A stretch of 64,000 nt of DNA from Octopus bimaculoides (lineage: Eukaryota): assembly GCF_001194135.2 (NCBI RefSeq), contig NC_068985.1, forward strand, positions 70,526,172 to 70,590,171, in the 5' to 3' direction. Both the position numbers and the translations under genes were made by a program. Positions 1 to 12,449 of this stretch are shown in pieces. The stretch's first letter is position 1; every line of letters begins with the position of its first letter. The notes below the pieces were generated by a model. That model ran no database searches. It saw only the letters and a program-made list of their open reading frames with translations, and had not been told where the DNA came from.

Positions 1-769
1 GAAATAGAATACATTGAACTTTGTAAGAATGATTTAATTTTCATTTAAAACATTTTCTAATTGTAGATTTTCTAAAAACTGTCTCTCCAGCATGTAACCA
101 TTATACTAAGTGCCATTGGTTGTCATAGGCATTTGTGATAATTGGGATATAAACTGAAAGAAAATACTGCAACAAAATTATAATTTACTTTGATTCTATG
201 TTCAGCTTCAGGAAAGAAATGACATTTCTAATCGAGAGTCAGCAAAGGAAAAAGAGGTTTCCGATGTCAAAAGCAATAACACGCCAATCTAAAGCCAGTG
301 TGATGGCCACATTTTTGTTCCAAAGTTACAAGACATACTTCAAATCTAATTCAGATTCAAGAGAGAAGAAAGATTGTATTTCTGTGTTCTTGTAAGTTAC
401 ATAGTTTCAATGACATTCATTGTTAATGGTCTGTGCTAAGAATTTGTTTGGAAGGTGTCAGGTGCCGGTATGGAGTAGCGTGCAGTGGGGCAATGGGGTG
501 TGATGTGATGTAGTGTGGAGTGGCGTGTTGCTGCTGGTGCAGATAAACTGTTATGCTTGTTCCATGGTTAGTATTTGTATAACGATCAGGATGTAGTGAG
601 TATCAACAAGGTTAGTGGTAAATAACCAGTCACTTGACAGTAAATAACGCATACACACAGGCACGCACGCACACAAGCACACACACATACACTTACAAAA
701 GCACAAACGAACGCATACACATGCGTGCATGTTTATTTCATAAACTCTTTATTCCTTTGTGTTTGTGTT

Positions 770-1294
<525 letters not shown>

Positions 1295-2319
1295 TTATAT
1301 ACGCCAATAACGAGAGTGATAGACAGGGGCACGATTAGGATACGTAACCAATCAGAATGTAAATTGCACTATTTGCCTTCTATATCACCCAGATAGATTA
1401 GAAGTGGGATAATTTATATCTAAATATTGACAACTCATAACAACCACAAGAAACATGATGTTAACATCATTTGATTTCAGTATCCTTGCTACTCCAACTG
1501 TTCTAGCCATATCTCTCCTCCTTTCTCTTCCTCATCCTCAACATTATCTTCATCATCATCACCACTAATAATAACTACATTAACCTGGTCAATTGCATTA
1601 TATTCAATTATATGTATTTAATATTTCAAGGTGAAATACACACCCATTCGCTCAAACCGCTCCTCTTTATAGCCATAAATTTCTATTTATTGACATTGTT
1701 TCACTCCATGATTATGCCGGCTTCGTTCGGCTGCTTATCTATGCAATTGCCTCATTCCTTGAGAAGTTGCGCTTTTATAATCGGATTCCCTGTTCATTAT
1801 ACATATCAATTCATCATGCAGAGCAAGGGCTGTACTTCATTCCTAATGCTACTTGCCTTAATCGAATATCTTTGAGAAATACTTCCTAACACGAATTACT
1901 AATGAAATCTCAATGTGGTTTCTCAACTTGCTAGTAATAACAGCCACATATCTTTCAAATAAGGTTGGATTATGCAATTTCAGATAATAAAATTACTGAA
2001 TAGTTTTGTAATCGGGATATAGAATATATAAAAATACGCGATATTACTATTCATTACAAACGAAGCAAGCCCTATTTGGTCAGGACTGGCAAATAGAAAG
2101 CAACAACGGAGTTTTTACCCGCATTAAACCGATACTGTCAAATATGAATATAAATTAAAGTGTTAAGACATTGTGGTAAAATGGCTTCTCTAAGAATAAC
2201 AGCAGAAATAATTTTCTCAGGCTAAAATCACAAATCAGTATTTTATTTCACTACTTGCATCCTCTAAATCCATCCCCATAATCTGACCGCAGCTTTCCAG
2301 CGGCGGTAAATATTAAATG

Positions 2320-2435
2320 ATTTCTAGTATGGGAAACGGCCTCGAATTTGAGAATAGGTATATCAAATGTATTTGGTTGGCACTTTTTTATCGATTTGTC
2401 AGAATGTAAAGAGACATAACTAAGCAGTTCAAAGC
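2320..2435 (-). mobile_element. Degenerate fragment of SINE family B
   Basis: tttctagtatgggaaacggcctcgaattt...ttttatcgat aligns loosely with the 63.7 kb minus-strand copy (ctttctactctaggcacaaggcccgaaattt...tttatcgac). Confidence 0.4.
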
Positions 2436-3084
2436 AATTATAAATATTACCTGATTTCCTTATTTTAATTTGAAATTATACTTCCTCTTCAAATGAACTG
2501 TGTCTGTTTTATAGTAATTCAGCAAAACTGTTATAAGATTTCAACAGCCACGGATTCATATACGCAGTGGAAACTGCCACTAAACCTCCCGATCGAATGA
2601 TGTCCATGGAACAGTAGTCTTGTATTGTTTTGATGGCTTTATATTAGTTCAAGACTGCGTCAGTGAATAAATTTGTGCTTCTCAGTTTTCTGTCAGATAA
2701 TGTTGGCTATAAAATCCGACTTCTATCGTCACTCACTCTGCGGGGGTGTTTTGGCGTTTTATCTGCTGATGCGCAAATTTCAACTATGGCTACGGCATTT
2801 GAAGATATCAATCAAAGGAAAGCCGATTTGATAGTAATTTGTGAAAAAATGTTATGGGACATTTTACGACGTTGTCAGTGCTGTAGTGCTGTATAAAGCG
2901 TTGCCTAGGCGTAGGTGCAAAGTAGAATGCACCCGCAACGAGCCTCTAGCTGGATACTGTAGCCAGTGATAACGGGTTTGTATAAGAACTGAATCATTTG
3001 ATCTGTGGGATAATCAAGGCGGTGGGGACAATTCATTAAAAATGCTTTTATAAAGTATCTGCAACTGCCAGAAATCGGGAGAAC

Positions 3085-3160
3085 CAGAAAGTCTTTACGT
3101 GGATTTGATCAGCTAGGTATAGCAGCCATATTTCCATCAAATCCCATATCTCTCTCTGAA
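3085..3160 (+). mobile_element. Fragment of dispersed repeat family C (probably SINE-related)
   Basis: gctaggtatagcagccatatttccatcaaat matches the family C motif at 1.93, 14.86, 19.85, 24.18 and 45.08 kb. Confidence 0.5.
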
Positions 3161-3180
3161 ATTGTGTAAGAATTGATAGA

Positions 3181-3590
3181 GGCGTGGTTGTGTGGTAAGT
3201 CGCCGGCTTCCTAACTACATGTTTCCGGGCTCATTCCCACTACGAGGCACTTTGGGCAAGTGCCTTATACTATAGCCTGAGCCGACCAAAGCCTTGTGAG
3301 TGGATTTGGTAGACGGAACCATGTGTGTGTATGTGCGTGTGCGCGTGTGTGTATGTGTGTGCGTGTGTGCGTGTGTGTGGGGGTGCATTTGTGCCCCCAT
3401 CACCGCTTGACAGCTGATGTTGGTGATTTTACGTCCCCGTACCTTAGCAGTTCTAGTACCTAGAATAGGTAGTAGGCTTTAGAAACAAGTCCTGGAGCCG
3501 ATTTATTTGACTAAACCCCTTCAAGGTGGTTCTCCAGCATGGCCGCAGTTAAATGACTGAAACAAATAAAAGAATAAAAGAAAAAGAATA
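3181..3590 (+). mobile_element. tRNA-derived SINE family A (CORE-like block, internal microsatellite), full length
   Basis: A-box-like head ggcgtggttgtgtggtaag; ttgggcaagtg block; ccaaagccttgtgagtggatttggtagacggaa shared with the 53.4, 54.2 and 61.7 kb copies; internal (TG)n; 3' cagcatggccgcagttaaatgactgaaac and aagaataa tail. Resembles described octopus tRNA-derived SINEs (family name from memory, unverified). Confidence 0.92.
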
Positions 3591-4999
3591 GACTTAGATT
3601 CATTATATGTAAAAATATAACCATGATGGTTTCGACTGGATTATAGCGGTTTTCGAGCAGCAGAAACATGGGACTAAAAGTCAGTTTCAGAAACTTCTTG
3701 GCTCTACAATACTATCAAAGGGCTCTACTTATCTTTTAGCAGTTATATAGACATGGTAGTATGTATGTATACATCATATGTGTGTATATGTGTGCGCGCC
3801 CGTGCGTGCATCGATGTGTGTTTGTATGTGTGTGTGTATATCTGTTAATATTGTAGAACACGTGAGAGAAGTAGTGGTGCAAAATGAAACCATCCTACGC
3901 GATCCGATCGATAATAGAAAAAGAAAAACAAAAAAAAAACAAAGACAGCACTACACATACATATTCTTTCTTATCCTCTTCATCATCCGTGTCAGCTCGT
4001 CGTCGTCATCATCGTCGTCATCGTCGACTTATAGCACTTTATCGTAGTCTCCAGGGTCACAGAGAAAATATATAAAACAGCAACAGAACATTTTAGCTAA
4101 CAACTGTTGAATGGCTAAAGCTTGATATAAATTCCACAAAAGGGACCACAATAAGAAAAAGAAATTACATTCATGCCAGGCAAAGAGCGTTGCCAACCGA
4201 AAGCTGAAGTGGTTTAACCCCTACATTGAAAGAAGTTCATTTCCATTTATTCTATTTTTTCTCCAGAACCCATGGTCTATTAGCTAAAATATATTTGGAT
4301 CAATTACAAAATTTCTAATCAATAGACGCACATAGAAGTGAGACTTTCTACTAAAACATTACCATCATACTTCTCTTTATCTTGCTTTCTTATCCAGAAT
4401 AGCTTCATGCTAGTTGCTGTTATTGTTTTTATGTAGGTTTTCTTGGATTTTATTTTTGCTTATATTTTCCGTTTGGTCTTTGAACGTGTGCGTGTGTAAG
4501 CGGAGCGCCTAGGTCTGTATACACACACAAACACATACACACACAGAAACACATATATATACATTTATATATACATACATGACTACAAATATACAGTTAT
4601 ACTACATTTGTATGTGAGCTTGTGCGTGTGTGTATGTGTGTGTGTGTGTGCATATGCGTGTGCATGTGTACGTGTTCATATGTTATTCATCGAAAGAACT
4701 GTGTCAAGAGTGTCTCCCTCCTATACACCTGTGTGACATTAGATGGAGTGTAGTCGTAATTACTCAGTTATTCTCTGAGTGAATGTGTCACTTGCAGACA
4801 CCTACAGCTGTGTCACTAGCTCACTATAAAAACCTCTCCGACCGGAAGAAAAGAACGGCGATGCTAGTGAATGGACCAGTAAGTGCAGCTATGCAAGTGC
4901 TAATAGGCAAACCATGCTGCAATCATATGCTGAATTTTTTTTCCTCCTTTACCATTACGCATTCCATAAACCTGCTTATCTTTCCTACAATGTATAAAT

Positions 5000-5770
5000 C
5001 TCTTTCTTCTTTCTCTTTCCTTCTCTTTTCTTAATCACTCGTTTCACATTCTTTTTCTCTCTATCTCACACTAAATTACATTCGTGTTTATACCATTTTC
5101 TTTGACATGACTCTTCGAATATTTCTCTTTTCTCTTATCTGCATCTCACTCTTCATTCATCTTCTCACATGTATGTCTTTCTATTCACCCTCTTTATCTT
5201 ATCTTTCTCTCTCTTTCTCTCTCTCACTCTTGTTTCACGTTTTCATTCTTTCTTTTCCCTCTTATTTTCTTCTGTTTAACTCCTTTCATGTTATGTTTCA
5301 TCTACCAAATATCTCTCCTTCTATTGCTCTTCACCTCCCTCTTTCACTCTTTATCTGTGTAGCTCTTTCTCTGTCTCTCGTTTTCTGCTTTTCCTCCGAC
5401 TCTGTTTCATACCCAATCTTCTTTTCTCCGCCTTTCCTTCATTCAATTTCTTTCAATCCTTCATTCTGTCTTTCCTTCACATTTCTTTTCTTGGTATATT
5501 CCATCGAAACATTTTTACATTTACTTTCTCTCAATATCCAATTATTTCCCGCTCTATTTTTCTCTTTTACTACTTCTCTCTGTCTATGCTTTAATTTTCA
5601 ATTTTTTTCTCTCTATTTTAGTCCCATTTTCTTTTGTTAATTTCTTCTATCATTCTCACATCATTTCCCCCTCTGTCTTCGTGTAGTTTCTACCGCTCTC
5701 CCCATCTCTTCCTTTTCTCCCCCCACTCTTTCTCTCTTAAACATCCTCTTCCCACATTCCGTCTCTCTAG
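5000..5770. repeat. Pyrimidine-rich (CT/TTC) low-complexity tract
   Basis: About 750 bp of strongly C/T-biased plus strand; explains the 177-aa L/F/S-rich ORF at 5107-5640. Confidence 0.85.
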
Positions 5771-6203
5771 TAATATTGCTGTAGCAGGTCCTGTTATATT
5801 GATCTGTAGCAGTGGGCATAGACGACAGCTATCTCAAGTAATTTATCTTAGGAAAGTATCACAGTCGGATATAGCCAGGGTGACTCTCCAGGCTATCACC
5901 GCAGAATCATTTGAACGCAGCATACAAAGACAATATTCAGTTTTGCCTTACTACCATTGCTTGAAGCAATGAAAGAGCCATATCTTGTGGTAACTTATCC
6001 TATGCTGTTTCCAGTTAGCTACAATGGCGCATTTGATACGTATCATCATAAAACAATGTCAGCATATGAAGTCCCAATTGTTTAACTGTTCACTATATTA
6101 CAAACGCAGCTATTGATAAAGTAATGCATGTATCTCTGAATATTATTTTGATTAATATTACTGGTAACAGAGGTATAAAATCTGTTACTATTCTTTTAAA
6201 TTT

Positions 6204-6750
6204 GGTGAGCTGGCAGGATTGCGATCGGTGAAATAAGTACAAGTCATTACTGTGGTCGATGACTTTCCTCCCTTCAAAGACTGCTGGCCCGGTGCTAAAA
6301 TTTGAAACCATTGTTCAAAACGTGGTGAGCTGGCAGAATCGTTAGCTACCCATGCAAAATGATAAGCGGCATTTCGTCTGTCTACACGTTCTGAGTTCCA
6401 ATACCTTGCCCTTTGCCCTTCACCCTTTCGGGGTTGGTGCCTTTAATCCTTTCGGGGTTGATGAAATAAGTACCAGTTGAGCACAATGTCGGTGTAATCG
6501 ATTCACCCATGCCCCCGAATTTGTTGGCCATGTGCCACAATTCGAAACCACTATGTTAAAAGCGGTGAGATGGCAGAATCATTGACGCATCTTTTGCAGC
6601 TTTACATATCTGAATACAAATTCTGCCGAGGTCGACTTTGCCTTTCATTAGTTCGGAGTCCATAAAATGAGTTGAATAGTGGGATGTATATAATCGATTA
6701 ATTCCACTATCCTTCAACATTTCACGTCTTGTGCCTCAAGCAGAAAGAAT
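6204..6750 (+). mobile_element. Three head-to-tail copies of SINE family B (Meta-domain-like)
   Basis: ggtgagctggcag heads at about 6204, 6325 and 6565; central gcctttcatcctttcggggtcgataaaataagtaccagt-type module; the first two copies end in ttgaaacca / tcgaaacca. Confidence 0.88.
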
Positions 6751-7604
6751 TATTTTCGGTAAGAAATAAAATAGAAACATGTTACATATGTTCAAACCCA
6801 ATTTTTATTAGTTTCTTAAAATAAGACCATTCAGTAGCTTCTTGTATATGCAAAGGTCCCAAATATTCAGGAGAAGAGTATAAAATTTATCAAATTGATT
6901 CCAATACATCAATGGTGCCTACGTTATAGAGGATGGTGATGTTGCTTGTGTGTGGTGGTGCGGGTGGGGGTGAAGGTGAGTGTGAAAGTCAACATTTGAT
7001 GAATTCCTACACTGAATGCATTTCTGTATTTTTCTGTCAATTTACTGCATGTTGCCATTCTAGACAGCGTTATGTTTAGGTCTGCTTCATATACAGAAGA
7101 TGTTTCTTTTTTTACTCTCTTACTCGACAAAAGTTTCTGTTTCTAACTAGATCCCACACAGCTGATGTGTATTTACCCTGTGGCCACATATATGTTTATA
7201 GAAGTGTAATTTGGCGGATTCTGAACACCAACTGAGATAACTCAGTAGGATATATCTAACTTCACCGTCTTAGCAATACAGTTGGTGTGTTGCTTCGAGC
7301 GTTATTTGCCATCGAGAGTGATACTTACATATTTTGTTTCCTAAATGTGTTCCAAATGTATTTCTTATGCAAATCGTATATATTAACTTGTGATTCATTT
7401 ATTTTATTTCTTACTGCCATAACTTTACATTTCATAAGGTTACACTATCTTAACCAATATTTCTTCCAGGCTTTTATAGAATCATAATTTTGTAGTCGTG
7501 AAAATCTTTAACGACTTAGGATTCTGACGATGTTGAAAATATAAGTAAAGATATGACAGTCAAAAGTTAATGCGTTTGAAAAATCTGATTGCGTAGAACC
7601 GTTT

Positions 7605-7606
<2 letters not shown>

Positions 7607-7681
<75 letters not shown>

Positions 7682-7745
7682 CGTCTCTCTCTCCCTTTTT
7701 CTCTCTCTGTCTCTTTTTCTCTCTCTCTTTCTCTCTCTTTCTGTC
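7607..7745. repeat. (CT)n microsatellite
   Basis: Direct reading. Confidence 0.97.
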
Positions 7746-8349
7746 TCCCATATTCATATATGTATATGTGTGTATATACGTATATATGTATTTATATGTT
7801 TATACACGTACATATATACATATAGACATACATATATTTGTATACGTATACATAATTACTGATATGCAAATATACATACAAGTACATACAAATATGTGTG
7901 TAGAATGTTTCACGCATACACACATAGAAATACACACACACACACACACACACACANNNNNNNNNNNNNNNNNNNNNNNNNNNNNNNNNNNNNNNNNNNN
8001 NNNNNNNNNNNNNNNNNNNNNNNNNNNNNNNNNNNNNNNNNNNNNNNNNNNNNNNNNNNNNNNNNNNNNNNNNNNNNNNNNNNNNNNNNNNNNNNNNNNN
8101 NNNNNNNNNNNNNNNNNNNNNNNNNNNNNNNNNNNNNNNNNNNNNNNNNNNNNNNNNNNNNNNNNNNNNNNNNNNNNNNNNNNNNNNNNNNNNNNNNNNN
8201 NNNNNNNNNNNNNNNNNNNNNNNNNNNNNNNNNNNNNNNNNNNNNNNNNNNNNNNNNNNNNNNNNNNNNNNNNNNNNNNNNNNNNNNNNNNNNNNNNNNN
8301 NNNNNNNNNNNNNNNNNNNNNNNNNNNNNNNNNNNNNNNNNNNNNNNNN

Positions 8350-8388
<39 letters not shown>

Positions 8389-9084
8389 ATTTACTTATTC
8401 TTTAAGTTTTTAATTCCAAATGTTGACACATTCGAAGATGATTTCAAAAGATTAGAGGATTAAGGAAAGTAAAGATAATGTAAAAATAAGAAATAAGGGA
8501 TATATTTTGGTAGAATAACTTTTAAACAAGTGTTAAATAGAAAATGGAAGTTAGGAAGGGAATTCAAAAATCATTTTTGTGGCTTAGTGGAAAGAAAAAT
8601 ACCTTTTCTGAAAGGTCCCCGCTAGACTGGTGGTTAGTAATGAAGCAAAGACTTATGACTTAAGGGTTAATACAGTGCAAAGCGAAGCATTAAAGGTTCA
8701 AATTTTCCTCAGTCTGTAGGCAGTGTCAAAATGTTTGAAACAGAATTGCATCTTAAGAAAAACCACAACGTTAAGTGTTTTTTTTTTTTCTGTGAATTTG
8801 GTTGGTATATTATTTCAATCATCATAATAATTTGTGTACGTGATTCTTTAAATCTTCACTCGTTGTTTACTAAACATTCAAAGGAAATATTAACAACGAC
8901 GATAATAACGATGATAATGATGATGATGGCTCCCTATTTCAGACAGTGATATTGACCATCAGATTTAGTCCTTACTCTCGACACTTGTACATGACTACTA
9001 CATAATAAAATCGATTCCGAAAGGACAAATAGCAAATGGACCGAAGCGGTCAACTTTTTCTTTCATCATTATTATTATTGTTAT

Positions 9085-9300
9085 AAGGCGGCGAGCTGGC
9101 AGAAACGTTAGCACGCTGGACGAAATGCTTAGAGGTATTTTGCCTGTCGTAACGTTGTGAGATCAAATTCCGCCGAGGTCGACTTTGCCTTTCATCCTCT
9201 CGCGGTCGATAAATTAAGCACCAGTAAAACACTGGGATCGATGTAATCGATTATCCCCCTCCCACAAATTTCAGGCCTTGTTCCAATAGTAGAAAGCATT
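9085..9300 (+). mobile_element. SINE family B, near-intact, with 18-bp flanking direct repeat
   Basis: ggcggcgagctggcagaaacgttagcacg head; gtcgactttgcctttcatcctctcgcggtcgataaattaag module; cattattattattgttat at 9067-9084 and 9297-9314. Confidence 0.93.
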
Positions 9301-9314
9301 ATTATTATTGTTAT

Positions 9315-9475
9315 GAAATAGCGAAATTTTGTCCGTCTTAACGTTTGGAGTTCAAATTCCACCGTGATCGATTTTACTTGTCCCACTTCGACATCGTACT
9401 AATCAAGCACCGGGTTCCACGTAATCGACTAGCCCCTCCAACCAAATGTCAGGCTTTGTGCCTATAGTAAGTTTG
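9315..9475 (+). mobile_element. SINE family B, 5'-truncated older copy
   Basis: gagttcaaattccacc...gtaatcgactagcccctcc...tttgtgcctatagta is colinear with the adjacent copy. Confidence 0.75.
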
Positions 9476-9483
9476 ATCATTAT

Positions 9484-9882
9484 GATCATTATGGCCAACG
9501 AGTGGAGGGATATCACGGTAAAGGAAGACCTGTTCTTGGGTATAAAGGTAATTTGAAGCAATCACTAAAATGTTCACATCTGAACTTGACGTCTTTGGAA
9601 AGTCATTGCCTAGATCGATCTACATGGCGTAATATATGTCATGATGCATCAAAACAATTTGATACGAGGAAAAAGAGCAATAAAATAACTATATACTGCA
9701 ATCAACAGACACATTTGCCCAATCTCAGGCAAAATCAAAATCACCAATATCTCCATTGCGCCTTCATAGCAAAATCCATCCCGGGGCTCAAATTACATTC
9801 ACGCATCAATCGCAAATAGATACTGCTTCTTTTCTTCTTTTGTTTTCAAGTGAAGTGAAAGCACCCTATAAAAATAAAACTA

Positions 9883-9963
<81 letters not shown>
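9484..9963 (+). mobile_element. 3' end of an RTE-clade LINE (C-terminal ORF fragment, 3' UTR and (AAT)n tail)
   Basis: ORF 9502-9819 reads GKGRPVLGYKGNLKQSLKCSHL..LESHCLDRSTWRNIC..HCAFIAKSIPGLKLHSR, matching the RTE/Bov-B C-terminal pattern GRP.LRYKD.LK..LK...I....WE.LA.DR..WR plus a degenerate CCHH finger; (AAT)n at about 9885-9963. Confidence 0.8.
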
Positions 9964-9964
<1 letters not shown>

Positions 9965-10621
9965 GCCTGATGCAGTACCAGGCACTGGCTCTCATGGCTT
10001 CTGAGCTTAACTGATTGGAAGTGTTATCATGTATATTGTTTCGTCTTGGTATAAAAGATAGGTATATTGGGTATATTGATAGGGGTATTGGGTTTCGTAT
10101 GTTTTACCCCAGTGTCACTTTGGTGGCATGCACTGTTCTCCCACTCAATAATAACAATAATAATAATAATTCACCTCTGAAAACATGGGTGTGTCATTCA
10201 ACATCCTTAAACAACCCTTATTCGAGGAACTTTTGAGCGGAATGGTTAACTCGACATGAAGAAAATTCTAACTGAGCCCCACCTGCAAGGTCATGCGCTG
10301 TTTATCTTGATATGAGATCACTATGTCGCACACATATGGTTATGACGCATGTGCCTGGTGTACCCTTATCAGACGGGTAGTCATGATGAATATACTGGGC
10401 TTCGTATATAAGGTTTGTTTAAGGATGTTGAGCAAAACACCCATGTTTCCAAAGGTGAATTATTGAAGCCCCAAAGAATTTCTCTCAACAAATAGCTATG
10501 ATACACCCCCACTACTTCTGCTCGTGATCAGAGATGCATATATCGTCAGCCACCTAGGAATATGCTCAACTGGTTAAGGTCAAACAATTTACAAGCAAAT
10601 CTGGGCACTGCTCTCTAACTC

Positions 10622-10677
<56 letters not shown>
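9964..10677 (+). mobile_element. (AAT)n-flanked retroposon-like repeat: a deleted copy plus a rearranged copy with an inverted segment
   Basis: The 3' end gcactg(t/c)tct...ctc(AAT)n occurs twice (about 10128-10170 and 10604-10677); tactgggcttcgtatat (about 10393) repeats tattgggtttcgtatgt (about 10087); 54-bp inverted repeat 10165-10218 / 10411-10464. Confidence 0.7.
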
Positions 10678-10679
<2 letters not shown>

Positions 10680-12449
10680 CAGGGGAGGGACAACTAAGTA
10701 GATCGCTATGTCCGCGATTTCATGGTGAGCTTTAACTGGATACAATCACACTTGTAGGAGAGTAAACCATGTTTGTATGAGGTCACCTTCAATTTATTTG
10801 TAAATTAAAATCACTAATGCATACAGTATACAGACTTCTGAGTAAAATCTTCGTGAAAGGTGCCAACGCAGTCATCAAGTGATGATAATTAATTATGAAA
10901 ATTAATGATGCCAGATAAAGAAATAGAGAGATCTAAACCAACTATAAACACACAAATACTGAGAAATTAATGGAGCATTGAGAGCCCGACTTACATGTAG
11001 ATCTAAAAATATTTGGGAAAGAATAATATAGACACATTAGGATGATGAATCAGAGTTGGTATCAAAACTTTTAGTTGTTCCAAAAGTGAGAAAAATAAGC
11101 AAAGTAATGCCTGCATTTACACTCCACCAAATAAAATTTGGCATAGATTATATTTTCAAGAATTACATTGATATGTGCTGTATGCAACAACAAAATCATA
11201 AAATTTGCTCCAGTAGACCACTGCAATATCTAATAAAATGAAAATAATAAAAAGTAATTCCAAAAGATTACCAAAACAATAAACTTCACCGCAAAGACTG
11301 CAACAGAAAACGGATAGTGAAATGATAGATTAAGAAACTTCAGGTTGTCACGCTAATATGATTGCAAGAAAGCCTACAACCGGGACAGAGCCAGAAAAGG
11401 TTGAACTCTGAGAAAAGTATCAAGGACGAATAGCTACACTTAGTGTAAAGTACGAGACAGATAAGCGGAAATAGAAAGATTCTTGATTTTATAACTAGAA
11501 TGAATTTGTCCCTACCAAAAGCTATTTATTGAATCGATTACATTAATTTCAAACTATGTGAAAGTGTTGACGAAACCAGTAATTACTTTGTCTGAGCTGT
11601 TCTGTTCATTGCAAGGAAGTGTACGTCTCTATGCACGACAGTGCTGGGGCTATTCTACACAGAGAGAGAGAGAGAGAGAGGGGTGGGAATGAACAATAAC
11701 CAACCGAATAGTTTTGTCAAGTTAAGCCACGTATAGTAGCACCTTTTAATCGAATTATTAGTCCTAACAGACGATATTATCCTAAATAAAATGGCACAAC
11801 TTGTTGAAAGAATCCCTATAATCACCTATCAAATCTACAGGTATGATAGAGTTGAAGGCTTTCGTGCACATGACTTTATGTTACCATTTTGAATTACTTG
11901 AAACGTGGTAGTAAAAATGTACGACTATTTTAGGGCCATAGAAACGAGTAGAAACAGACAATGCGTTACTAAGGCACCAAGACATAAATGTATGCAGTAT
12001 GACGAATTCAGAACTGTTTAGCAGAACACACATATTACGTGAAGCACTTTCATTCAGTGGAAAATTGCAAAACAAAAGTATCACTGTGCATACTGAACAT
12101 CCATGAACACCAATTAAACAAAACCATAGAATTTCGAAAATGCATTCTAATTGATACTTGTGTAACGATTGCATTGATACATTACTGAAATGCTATTGCT
12201 TTTTGCCTAATAACAGAAATATATTACAACTGTTCGCATTAATCGCCGATTAGCCAATGCATTTAACCAACAGAGCACAAATCATATCATCACAAGGAAG
12301 TTTCATTCCCCACCCTACAGAAATAACAAGCAATGTAAATGAATTATTAAACTCTAGAATCTGAGAAAAGTGCTTAGAGTCTGCGTCGGTAAATCGTAAT
12401 AAAATTTGAGTGAGATTTTGGGTGTCAATAAAATATTAAAAGGGAATGC

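Noticed and set aside
5107-5972. 177-aa and 112-aa hydrophobic ORFs
   Set aside because: They derive from a pyrimidine-rich low-complexity tract; no motif or recognisable domain
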